Positions 26,509 through 34,347 of a stretch of DNA of 64,000 nt are shown here, piece after piece; the first letter of the stretch is position 1; each line of letters starts with the position of its first letter. Made by a program: the position numbers and the translations under genes. The DNA comes from an uncultured Desulfurococcaceae archaeon. Lineage in GTDB: Archaea; Thermoproteota; Thermoprotei_A; Sulfolobales; NBVN01. The stretch covers positions 38,393 through 102,392 of the forward strand of contig CAZXJO010000006.1 in NCBI GenBank assembly GCA_964641155.1. The letters run 5' to 3'. Below the pieces are notes generated by a model. The model worked only from the letters and a program-made list of their open reading frames with translations. It ran no database searches and was not told the origin of the DNA.

Positions 26509-27414
26509 TCACCAAATCATTATCCCAAAGTAGCCTGCTATGAGCTTTATGGAGACGTATAGGAAGTACAGGCTGAAGATCAGCTTTATCGTATTCGTCT
26601 TGAATCGCTTAATGATGGCCGCTCCGAACTGCGCACCTATAACCGCACCTATGCCGAGCAGTAGTCCAGCGTCTACGAACACGAACCCTTCCGCCATCTT
26701 GATGCTGGTTCCAACGACGCTTAACGGTATCATCGTTGCCAACGAGGTGCCCACCGCAATGTAGACGGGGGTGTGGAAGAGGTAGATTAGTCCCGGCACC
26801 AGCGCGTAGCCCCCGCCTAGGCCGACCAAGCCTGTGGTAATGCCGATGAGGAAGCCGAATATTCCTAGACCATGCTTTGAGCCCGGAACAATGTTCACAC
26901 GTCCTTCTTCCTTTCTCTGCTTAAGGCCTTCCCATATCATTCGAGGGATTGGCAGTAAGAAGGCCAGACCGAGGATTAACCCTAAGAGTGAGCTTTGCCC
27001 AGCGAGCTGGGTGAAGATCCATGAACCAAGAACAACACCAGCCAACCCGAAGCCGCCAAGCCAAAGCACAGCCCTCTTATCCACGTTCTTACGTATTAGG
27101 TGGCCATACGCTCCGGAGGTTGCAGTGAAGACAACAGCGAAGAGGGTTGTACCTATAGCCACCGTCGCTGGGAAACCTAACCACAGATGGAGTATAGGTA
27201 GCATTATGCTGCAACCACCAGTACCGATGATCCCGCCAATTAACCCAGCTACGAGTCCAACAACCACAAGCAGAACTCCGCTCAACGCGTCTATGGGGGG
27301 CAGACCCTCCTTCCCGCCAAACCCTGAGCTAATGGACCAGAACGTCAGCGTAGCCATGAAGACTAAGAGTACGAGCATGAAAGTATAGTTTCTCAAACCA
27401 CTTCCAATCTTCAA
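26509..27414 (-). CDS. TauE/SafE (TSUP, DUF81) family anion exporter-like membrane protein
   Basis: 301-aa protein of about 8 TM with two internally repeated halves containing G(I/L)IGTGGC / GLVGLGGG motifs typical of DUF81. Confidence 0.8.
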   Translation of the reverse strand: MKIGSGLRNYTFMLVLLVFMATLTFWSISSGFGGKEGLPPIDALSGVLLVVVGLVAGLIGGIIGTGGCSIMLPILHLWLGFPATVAIGTTLFAVVFTATSGAYGHLIRKNVDKRAVLWLGGFGLAGVVLGSWIFTQLAGQSSLLGLILGLAFLLPIPRMIWEGLKQRKEEGRVNIVPGSKHGLGIFGFLIGITTGLVGLGGGYALVPGLIYLFHTPVYIAVGTSLATMIPLSVVGTSIKMAEGFVFVDAGLLLGIGAVIGAQFGAAIIKRFKTNTIKLIFSLYFLYVSIKLIAGYFGIMIW

Positions 27415-27800
27415 CAGTTAAACCCCCTAAAAGCTCTGAATGAAGAACCCATCCTCCTTCCCAGCCTCTGCCTCACCTTCCCCTCACTCACACCAATCAC
27501 CTACAAAACTACCAGTTTCTCAACATCATAAAAATGTATGTTCTTACCCTAAAAGTTTTATTAAGAGACGCTGAAGGAGTTGTTCAGGTTGACGTCAAAT
27601 CATGTCGGGATGTGGGGTAGGGGACGTTTCCCCCTGGTTCAGTTTCTGCGTGGATTGTGACTACTATGGAGAGAACCGTAGGTATGATACGGTTCCTACC
27701 CCTCTTATTGCGGCTTTGTAGGTTAGTTTCATTAGATGTCTTCAGTTCTTTAACTTCCTTGAGTTTTTTGAGGTCAATGAATTCGGTTAACTGGATTTAA

Positions 27801-27827
27801 GTGTAGTTAAGTGTTACTTAACTGCAC
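27801..27827. repeat. Near-perfect palindrome / hairpin (12-bp stem, 3-nt loop)
   Basis: GTGTAGTTAAGT-GTT-ACTTAACTGCAC, with one G.U-type position. Confidence 0.8.
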
Positions 27828-27886
27828 CATCAACCCATATGAAGCTTTCATAGGGTTTGGAACCCACTCAAGTGGGTAAATGAACT

Positions 27887-27919
27887 CCATCAACTCATTT
27901 AGGGTTAATGAGTTGATGG
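27887..27919. repeat. Perfect 13-bp inverted repeat / hairpin (7-nt loop)
   Basis: CCATCAACTCATT-TAGGGTT-AATGAGTTGATGG. Confidence 0.9.
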
Positions 27920-27964
27920 TGTTTCCATGACTCACTTGGTACCTGATGAGGACCTGATGCCGTT

Positions 27965-28040
27965 ATTTGGTTAGGGTGGGTGTACTAGTTGGTGGATTAG
28001 TTCATCCATCGGTTGCACGTGTTTGAATTCCTAACCAAAT
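27965..28040. repeat. 11-bp inverted repeat pair separated by 54 nt
   Basis: ATTTGGTTAGG (27965-27975) is the exact reverse complement of CCTAACCAAAT (28030-28040). In addition, CCAAATGGG (28035-28043) pairs with CCCATTTGG (28081-28089). Confidence 0.8.
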
Positions 28041-28290
28041 GGGCTGGTACCCAGTTTACTTAGATACTTCTGGGGTAACCCCATTTGGAGGTGATGTTGG
28101 GGTATTACCTAGGTCACGGATGCGTGGTGGTTTACTAGTTCTGGGATCCCATGTAATCTCTTAGTTTATTGATTAGTCCCTCTCACAGTCGTTTGAGGTG
28201 TTACATCCCATGTTAAGCCCGTAACTCAGGGTTTCAGGGAGTTAGCCTACGTGTGTATTACTTCGTAATCCAACGCCCCAGCAGATACGG

Positions 28291-29427
28291 CTAGATTAAC
28301 AGTATCCACAGGCCTACGGCTATTAAGAGCGCTCCAGCTGCTACGGATAGCTTAACACCGTGTCTTATTAGGGCGTCCTGAACCGCTCTGTACTTCATGG
28401 TCCTCATGATTACTAGGAGCACGAGTAGTAGGGGGGATATGAAGATTAGGTTGTAGATCGCTAGCAGCAAGTAAGGTAGTGGGGGACTGTACTTCGATGC
28501 AATCCCAGCGAAAACCACGTAAGGCCCTGCGGAGCAGGGGAGCAACGTGAACGTCAGGAGCATACCCAACGCGAAGGAGGCGGTGGTTGAGGTGGACGCC
28601 CTACCAACTAACCCGTATATGCTCTCCTTAGCCAACATCCTGGACTTACCCATAATACCCGAGACGCAGATCCAAACACCGAAGGCCACAGCAACTAAGC
28701 TCAGCAACTCCTTCGGGAACCCCCTCACAGCTACCATAAGTCCCAACCCCAGAGCGTAGTAACCGATGAAGACCGCTGAAATGAATGCAACGCCGACGAT
28801 GAGAACCCTACCCTTACGGCTGAAGGCTATGGAAGTAGCTATTAGGAGGAGGGTGTAGATGAATATCACGCATGGGTTAACAGCATCACTTAACGCTAAA
28901 GCCGTCAATGCAGTTAACGCTTGAGTGATGGGTAGCGGGGCTACGGCACCAGCACTCGGTCTTAGGCTGAAGTACTCAGGGACTAAGGCCCTGGAGAAAT
29001 TACTTAAGTTATCCACCATTATATACCCCCCTAACTCCTTCCCGAGGTAGAGGGGGATCTCGTTAGACTCAGGTAAGCTGAGCAGGGAATCCCAGAACGA
29101 CTTATCACCCACCTCACCGAAAACAACCGACCTAACCCCACCGTCAACGACCACGAAGGTAAGGGGTATGGAGGGGCTTAACCCGATGGCTGAGCAGAAG
29201 CTTAAGAACCTCTCAGCACAGCCTGCCTCACCTTCAAGTCTGCAGAAGTAGGTGTTAGAAGTACCGTACCAGGAGTAGAAGTAGTTCTTTAAGGCATTGC
29301 AGTGGGGGCAACCCTCACTACCGTAGATGTAGAGTAAGTAGTGGCTGCCCCCGTGAAGGGGTTGGGCGAGCAGAATAAGTGTTAAGGAGATGGCTACGAC
29401 AGCAGCTAACGCCGAACTAATCCTCAC
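28291..29427 (-). CDS. Secreted thioredoxin-like domain (CPHC) fused to a CcdA/DsbD-type transmembrane thiol-disulfide electron transporter
   Basis: N-terminal signal/anchor MRISSALAAVVAISLTLILLAQP and Trx-like GSEGCPHCNALK. The C-terminal 6-TM domain carries the two conserved Cys of the CcdA/DsbD core (AVNPCVIF and LLPCSAGPY). Confidence 0.7.
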   Translation of the reverse strand: MRISSALAAVVAISLTLILLAQPLHGGSHYLLYIYGSEGCPHCNALKNYFYSWYGTSNTYFCRLEGEAGCAERFLSFCSAIGLSPSIPLTFVVVDGGVRSVVFGEVGDKSFWDSLLSLPESNEIPLYLGKELGGYIMVDNLSNFSRALVPEYFSLRPSAGAVAPLPITQALTALTALALSDAVNPCVIFIYTLLLIATSIAFSRKGRVLIVGVAFISAVFIGYYALGLGLMVAVRGFPKELLSLVAVAFGVWICVSGIMGKSRMLAKESIYGLVGRASTSTTASFALGMLLTFTLLPCSAGPYVVFAGIASKYSPPLPYLLLAIYNLIFISPLLLVLLVIMRTMKYRAVQDALIRHGVKLSVAAGALLIAVGLWILLI

Positions 29428-29477
29428 ACCACATTACCTTGTTACGGATTACCTGTAAGGTTAATATCTTATGCGGG

Positions 29478-29957
29478 CTAATTCGCTGAGGGATCTCTAC
29501 GTAAGGACTTGAGCGCGTCCCGTAGGTTGTCGGCTAGAGCCTTAAGCCTCGTATTTAGGTTCTTAAGCCTCACAGCGATTTCATGATCGCTACTCAACCT
29601 ACGCATCAACTCCTCTATATTGACGCATAGCGGCTCTATCTCATTACTTATCAAGGACTCCTGCTTCTCTATGAGTACGTCCGGTAGGTCGACTGAAGCC
29701 TTATACACGTAACTACGGTCCTTCCTGCTCCTGGAAACTAAGTACATCCTGCAAAGGATGTTGAGGCATGTGGCAACCGTCGATTTCGTGTAGCCTGTGA
29801 GGTTCATTAAGTCCTTAATGGTTAGGTGGTTCTGAAGGAGTAACAGTATACTTAGTATCGTGTTGCATGAGTATGGCAGGTTCAGGGATGAGAGTATTCT
29901 CTGAGCGTCCTTAACCAACATACCCATAACCTCGTATACTTCTAAGATGCCCACCAT
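29478..29957 (-). CDS. Winged-helix transcriptional regulator (MarR/TrmB-like) with C-terminal coiled coil
   Basis: LTIKDLMNLTGYTKSTVATCLNILCRMYLVSRSRKDRSYVY is an HTH + wing pattern. It sits between the radical SAM and Trx-CcdA genes. Confidence 0.55.
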   Translation of the reverse strand: MVGILEVYEVMGMLVKDAQRILSSLNLPYSCNTILSILLLLQNHLTIKDLMNLTGYTKSTVATCLNILCRMYLVSRSRKDRSYVYKASVDLPDVLIEKQESLISNEIEPLCVNIEELMRRLSSDHEIAVRLKNLNTRLKALADNLRDALKSLRRDPSAN

Positions 29958-29968
29958 TCACACCCACC

Positions 29969-31483
29969 TCACGACTTCACCATGGTTTCCAGTAGTGGCT
30001 TCAACTTACTCACACGCCACTTAATATATCTTACCACCATCTCCAACCCCAGCCTAATGGGCGCTAGGTGAGGTTCTCTAAGATAGAATTTGCTCATTAT
30101 CTCCTCAGCCCAGTATATCGAGTGGTACATGCACTTAAGCATTAGGTCGACGTGTTCGGCCTTGATCAGATGCTTCCTAAACCAATCCGTATATCTTAAA
30201 GCACCTAAAGGCACGAAGAACATGGGGACTATGATACTCCTGTAGGGCTTCAACCGATCAACAAGTTCCGCCGTCTTTACGACGTCCTCAGGGCTTTCGC
30301 CGGGAATCCCTAATATCAAAGTGGCTGCTGGGATTACGAAGTTTTCATGCATGATCCTGAACGCGTCCTCAACCACGTTGGGCCACATCGAAGGTGGGTA
30401 CGGGGAAGACTTAGCCGGCATTATAGCCTCAGCCAACCTAGGTGACCCGGTCTCTATACCTACCTCAACACCTATGAATTCCTGATCGCCGACCCGTATG
30501 TAGTTGTTTATTAGTTCCGAGATCAGCTTGAACCTCTCCTCCGAGTACTTCAGTGATGAGAGGCTTGCGTGGGACCACGCAATGCTCCCGGAGAAGTACT
30601 TCCTCACAGTACTATGTAACTTCACAACCGGTTCGGGCCTGGGCTTAATCCCCTCACCGCCGTATAGCAATACGTCCTCGCTGTGGAGTATGATGCTCTT
30701 CGTCCCAGCCCTTACGTTGACTTTAACCTCTTCCGCGATGTTGTCGAGGGGGATATACCTAAGCGGCCTCAATGTAACTGAGCAGAACTTACAACCCCTC
30801 GGGCAGCCCCTCATAATTTCGACTAGGCCGTTGACGCTGCCTCCCTTAATCAGCGGTATCTCCTTAACCGAGGGTACGTCCCCAGGACCTACTAAGATGT
30901 AGTCAGGTAATTCATCCCCGTTCAACGCCTTCTCAACGACGTCGGCTATTACTCTCTCAACCTCACCCTCAATAACTAAGTCTACACCGAATTCCTTCCA
31001 GAGGTCAAGCTCCCACAACCACTGCCACGCACCCGGGCCGCCGGCAATGATTTTAACACCCCTCCTCTTAGCGCTGACGACCGCATCACTCCTCATAAAC
31101 TTGATGAAGCTCAACCTATTCACGGGTTCCTTACCGGTTAGCGCCCACCAACCAATGCTCGGCGGGCCGTATGCGAAGTAGTCATGATGACCGATCATTA
31201 AAACCTTCATACTTTTTAAATGCTTGTCCAGGTGGTCTGGGTCGATGATAGCTGCTTTAAACCCCTCCTCAACTAACTTAGCTTCAACCTTCCTCAAACC
31301 GTAGGGTGCTTCAACTGGTCTGCCCTCATCATCAACCTCAACCTTCGGAGCAGCTAACCAAGTCCACACCTTCTCAGGGAGGCCTACGGCAGGCCCTGTA
31401 GCTAGGAACCCTAAGAACTCCTTGCCGTGGTGGTTACTCATCATCGTCCTGTCGGTGGTTATCACGACTTCGTAACCAGGCAT
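29969..31483 (-). CDS. Radical SAM enzyme with N-terminal B12-binding-domain-like region (COG1032-like)
   Basis: The CxxxCxxC cluster motif RGCPRGCKFCSV lies at about aa 225, after a Rossmann-like N-terminal domain (KVLMIGHHD...KIIAGGPGA). Only 4 Cys in total, so there is no SPASM/auxiliary-cluster domain. Confidence 0.85.
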   Translation of the reverse strand: MPGYEVVITTDRTMMSNHHGKEFLGFLATGPAVGLPEKVWTWLAAPKVEVDDEGRPVEAPYGLRKVEAKLVEEGFKAAIIDPDHLDKHLKSMKVLMIGHHDYFAYGPPSIGWWALTGKEPVNRLSFIKFMRSDAVVSAKRRGVKIIAGGPGAWQWLWELDLWKEFGVDLVIEGEVERVIADVVEKALNGDELPDYILVGPGDVPSVKEIPLIKGGSVNGLVEIMRGCPRGCKFCSVTLRPLRYIPLDNIAEEVKVNVRAGTKSIILHSEDVLLYGGEGIKPRPEPVVKLHSTVRKYFSGSIAWSHASLSSLKYSEERFKLISELINNYIRVGDQEFIGVEVGIETGSPRLAEAIMPAKSSPYPPSMWPNVVEDAFRIMHENFVIPAATLILGIPGESPEDVVKTAELVDRLKPYRSIIVPMFFVPLGALRYTDWFRKHLIKAEHVDLMLKCMYHSIYWAEEIMSKFYLREPHLAPIRLGLEMVVRYIKWRVSKLKPLLETMVKS

Positions 31484-31492
31484 GGGAACCCC

Positions 31493-31852
31493 CTACAAGA
31501 ACCTGTGACTAACTCCTAACCCCTCTAAGAGTGTGTCAAGTTCTAATGAAGTACTGCCAACTAGTACGTCCACAGCGTCCTTGGGGAGGTTCCCAAGTAA
31601 TTTTACCAGGTCTTCCTGACTGCTGCCAGCGTATTTAACCATCACTGAGACGTTGAGTAGTGAGGGGAGGATACGTCTCAATTTCTCCAAATATTTAGGC
31701 CTCCCCTCACTGGATAGCACGTGGATTACAACCCTCCTAACACCTCTCTCAACGATAATATCGTTGATCGCGTTGATGACTTCGTTTTCGGGTAACATAA
31801 TATCAAGTACTAAGACAACGTGATGTGATTCCCGCTCCATCCTTAACGTCAT
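31493..31852 (-). CDS. Hypothetical small alpha/beta protein, first gene of the radical SAM operon
   Basis: 119-aa ORF ending 9 nt before the radical SAM start. It has alternating beta/alpha propensity (HHVVLVLDI..., RRVVIHVLS..., VSVMVKY..., DVLVGS). No family recognised. Confidence 0.4.
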   Translation of the reverse strand: MTLRMERESHHVVLVLDIMLPENEVINAINDIIVERGVRRVVIHVLSSEGRPKYLEKLRRILPSLLNVSVMVKYAGSSQEDLVKLLGNLPKDAVDVLVGSTSLELDTLLEGLGVSHRFL

Positions 31853-31925
31853 CTTCTGTTCACCAAGTTCTGAACTTTCCGAACTTTCAGATCTAGCAGG
31901 AGGTTAAATATTCATGAGATATAAT

Positions 31926-31950
31926 TTATTACTGCGGTACGTAGTAATAA
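31926..31950. promoter_or_regulatory. Palindrome in the divergent promoter region (candidate operator)
   Basis: TTATTACT-GCGGTACGT-AGTAATAA has 8-bp perfect arms and lies between the minus-strand radical SAM operon and the plus-strand CBS gene. Tandem GAACTTTC-C-GAACTTTC lies at 31872-31888. Confidence 0.35.
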
Positions 31951-32004
31951 TTACGGTGTTTTACTCTGAGTTCGAAACTACATACTAGGGTCTACGAAAT
32001 TGCT

Positions 32005-33108
32005 GTGGATCCCCCATTAATTGCCGACCCAAACACCACCGTAGGGGAAATTCTCTCGAAGATGAAGGATTTGAAGGTTAGGGTTGTGCCGGTAGTCTCT
32101 GGAAGTAGGTTGGTGGGGGTCTTAAGTTATAAGGGCATTTTAATGAGCGGTGCTGGTAGGATGACTAAAGTCAGGAGTGTTATGGAACCACCTTACGGCG
32201 TGGATATGATGAGCAGCGTTGATGATGCCGTAGCTAAGTTCGTCCTCTGGAAGGCTAAGGCATTGCCAGTAGTTAGTAAGGGTAATGAGTTGGTGGGATA
32301 TTTAAGCAGGTACGACCTGTTAGGCTTCCTACTGAGTAAAGGCCTAATACCTGGGAAGTACGTTGAAGATGTTATGACCGCGCCTCCCACCGTTATCAGG
32401 GATGATGAGTCCTTAGCCAGGGCCAGGTGGTTAATGCTTAGGAACGGTATTTCGAGACTCCCAGTCATCAACTCCTACGAAAGCGTTGACGGGGTCATAT
32501 CTATGACCGATATAGTGGAGAGGATATACTTCATAAGGATGACCCGTAGGAAGGGCTTCGAACAGTTTGAGGAGGAATTCCTGGCGGCACCCGTTAAGGA
32601 CTTCATGTCTTCGCCCCCCATCTGCTCATCCGTCGGTGAACTACTGGACGGGGTTGTGAAGACGTTGCTCGATAGGAAGGTTACCGGGATGCCCGTAGTT
32701 AAGGGGACTAAGGTGGTGGGGGTTATAAGCAGCGTTGACGTCCTCAAGGCGTACGCGAAGCAACTAGTATCCAAGGAGTTAATCGAAGCTAAAATACCTG
32801 AGTCCTTGAAGGTCGATGATTTAAGTAAGTCCCAGGTCGAGACGTTAGTGAACGAGTACTTATCAGACATTAGGAGGGTTACTGACGTGATAAACTTCAG
32901 GATAAACATTAAGGAGGAGAGTAAGGGGGGTAGGAAGAGGTACGTAGTTAGGGCTAGGTTAACCACCGATGACGGCGTCATGACCTCGGAGGGGGTGGGT
33001 TGGGACATCCTATCCTCAATTAAGGACTCACTAGAGAAGTTGGAGAGAAGGGTTAAGAAGAGTAGGGAGAGAGCTAGGGAAGTGAGGAGGAAGGGTAAAG
33101 CCACGTAA
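32005..33108 (+). CDS. Four-CBS-domain protein fused to a C-terminal HPF/YfiA (S30AE)-like domain
   Basis: Four CBS repeats occupy aa ~1-252. Residues ~258-352 align by eye with the beta-alpha-beta-beta-beta-alpha ribosome hibernation factor pattern. The alignable segments are LSKSQVETLVNEYLSDIRR, INFRINIKEE, RYVVRARLTTDDGVMTSEGVG and WDILSSIKDSLEKLERRVKK. Compare E. coli YfiA ...[19 protein letters not shown]. Confidence 0.7.
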   Translation: MDPPLIADPNTTVGEILSKMKDLKVRVVPVVSGSRLVGVLSYKGILMSGAGRMTKVRSVMEPPYGVDMMSSVDDAVAKFVLWKAKALPVVSKGNELVGYLSRYDLLGFLLSKGLIPGKYVEDVMTAPPTVIRDDESLARARWLMLRNGISRLPVINSYESVDGVISMTDIVERIYFIRMTRRKGFEQFEEEFLAAPVKDFMSSPPICSSVGELLDGVVKTLLDRKVTGMPVVKGTKVVGVISSVDVLKAYAKQLVSKELIEAKIPESLKVDDLSKSQVETLVNEYLSDIRRVTDVINFRINIKEESKGGRKRYVVRARLTTDDGVMTSEGVGWDILSSIKDSLEKLERRVKKSRERAREVRRKGKAT

Positions 33109-33143
33109 GCCGTGAGGCTAACGTTTTTAACCCTAACCTGTTT

Positions 33144-34325
33144 ATGGATTCTGTGATATCGGAGATGAATAAAGACGCACTCGCAGTGTACGTAATTACG
33201 TTGTTCTTTTTTATACTAACTTGGGCCGTAGTACCTATGATCCCGCGTTACGTTATGAGCTTAGGAGGGGACCCAACGACCATAGGGGCGGTTATGTCAG
33301 CAGCTCCCCTAGCAACTATTGCCACCAGGGTTTTGTTCAGCATGATCTCAGACCTGCGTTCAAGGGTCCTCATGATGAGGGTAGGTATGCTATTACTGGG
33401 CACTAGTTACCTAGTCCTCTACATCTCAACGGATGTAAGGGGGATATTCTTAGGGAGGTTACTCCAAGGACTATCCCTAGCATCATTCATACCGCCATCC
33501 ATATCCTACGTAGTGGATGTGGCGCGGAGCGGCGTAATGGGCAGGGCATTAGGTACTAGGGCGTTAATGGCGAGCATGGGTTACACCTTAGGACCCTTCG
33601 CAGGCGGGCTAATATCCGAGTTAATGGGTTATAAGACATTATTCATAGCGTCATCGGCGGCCGCATTCATCGCTGCACCGCTGATTAAGTTGAATGACAC
33701 GGGCAGGAGGAGGTGTGACTTCCGCGGCATGTTCACGGAGATGGTGAAAATGACCACACGTAAGGACTTCATACTACTCTTCACCTCCACAGCGTTTCAG
33801 ACAGTAATCCTCGCTTCCGTGATCCCGTTCCTTTCCTCATACCTCAAGCTCATGGGGTACTCGGACTACGAAGCAGGGGTGGTCAGCTCTGCCTACGGAG
33901 TGGCCGGACTACTCAGCAGGTTGTTGATGAGTTTCTTTACGGACAGAAGCATGATGAGGCTAGCATTCCTAGGGTTGGGGATGAATGCAGCGGGACTAAT
34001 AATCCTAAGCTACCACCCCCTCCCCTCAGCAGCGTTCATACCTGTCCTACTGATAGGTTTTGGGGACGGTATCTTCGTACCGTCCGCCCAGGCCTTAGTG
34101 TTCATTAACTCTAAGACGGAGTTACGTAGCGTGCTGTCGGGCATGTACGCCACTTCTTGGGACGTCGGCATGCTGTTAGGACCTTTAATAACTGGTTACC
34201 TGATAACACTTACTAATGACTACCTCCTCACTTTTAGGTGCTTAATCACCTTCACAGCTGTGTCCGCGACCATACTTATGTGTGAGAGGAGGTACTCAGC
34301 ACAACAAATTTATAGAGCTAATTAA
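33144..34325 (+). CDS. MFS transporter
   Basis: 393 aa, 12 predicted TM, with an MFS loop-2/3-like motif (SMISDLRSRVLMMRVG). Confidence 0.8.
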   Translation: MDSVISEMNKDALAVYVITLFFFILTWAVVPMIPRYVMSLGGDPTTIGAVMSAAPLATIATRVLFSMISDLRSRVLMMRVGMLLLGTSYLVLYISTDVRGIFLGRLLQGLSLASFIPPSISYVVDVARSGVMGRALGTRALMASMGYTLGPFAGGLISELMGYKTLFIASSAAAFIAAPLIKLNDTGRRRCDFRGMFTEMVKMTTRKDFILLFTSTAFQTVILASVIPFLSSYLKLMGYSDYEAGVVSSAYGVAGLLSRLLMSFFTDRSMMRLAFLGLGMNAAGLIILSYHPLPSAAFIPVLLIGFGDGIFVPSAQALVFINSKTELRSVLSGMYATSWDVGMLLGPLITGYLITLTNDYLLTFRCLITFTAVSATILMCERRYSAQQIYRAN

Positions 34326-34347
34326 CCATATGTGATGAGGTTACGGC

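Noticed and set aside
26340-26580. Additional CRISPR repeats expected ~64 nt either side of the two found
   Set aside because: Sequences at the expected offsets (about 26352-26375 and 26544-26567) show no similarity to the repeat. The array really has only two copies.
27620-27633. A fourth copy of the GGGGA-N-TCCCC mini-hairpin seen in each repeat unit (25370-25380, 25674-25687, 25912-25924)
   Set aside because: Flanking sequence does not align with the repeat units. A short G/C palindrome is likely coincidental.
27851-27978. Recurrent TAGGGTT / TTAGGGT (telomere-like) heptamers at 27851, 27900 and 27971
   Set aside because: These are only three or four short copies, partly inside the hairpin loop, with no tandem organisation. 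They are treated as chance.
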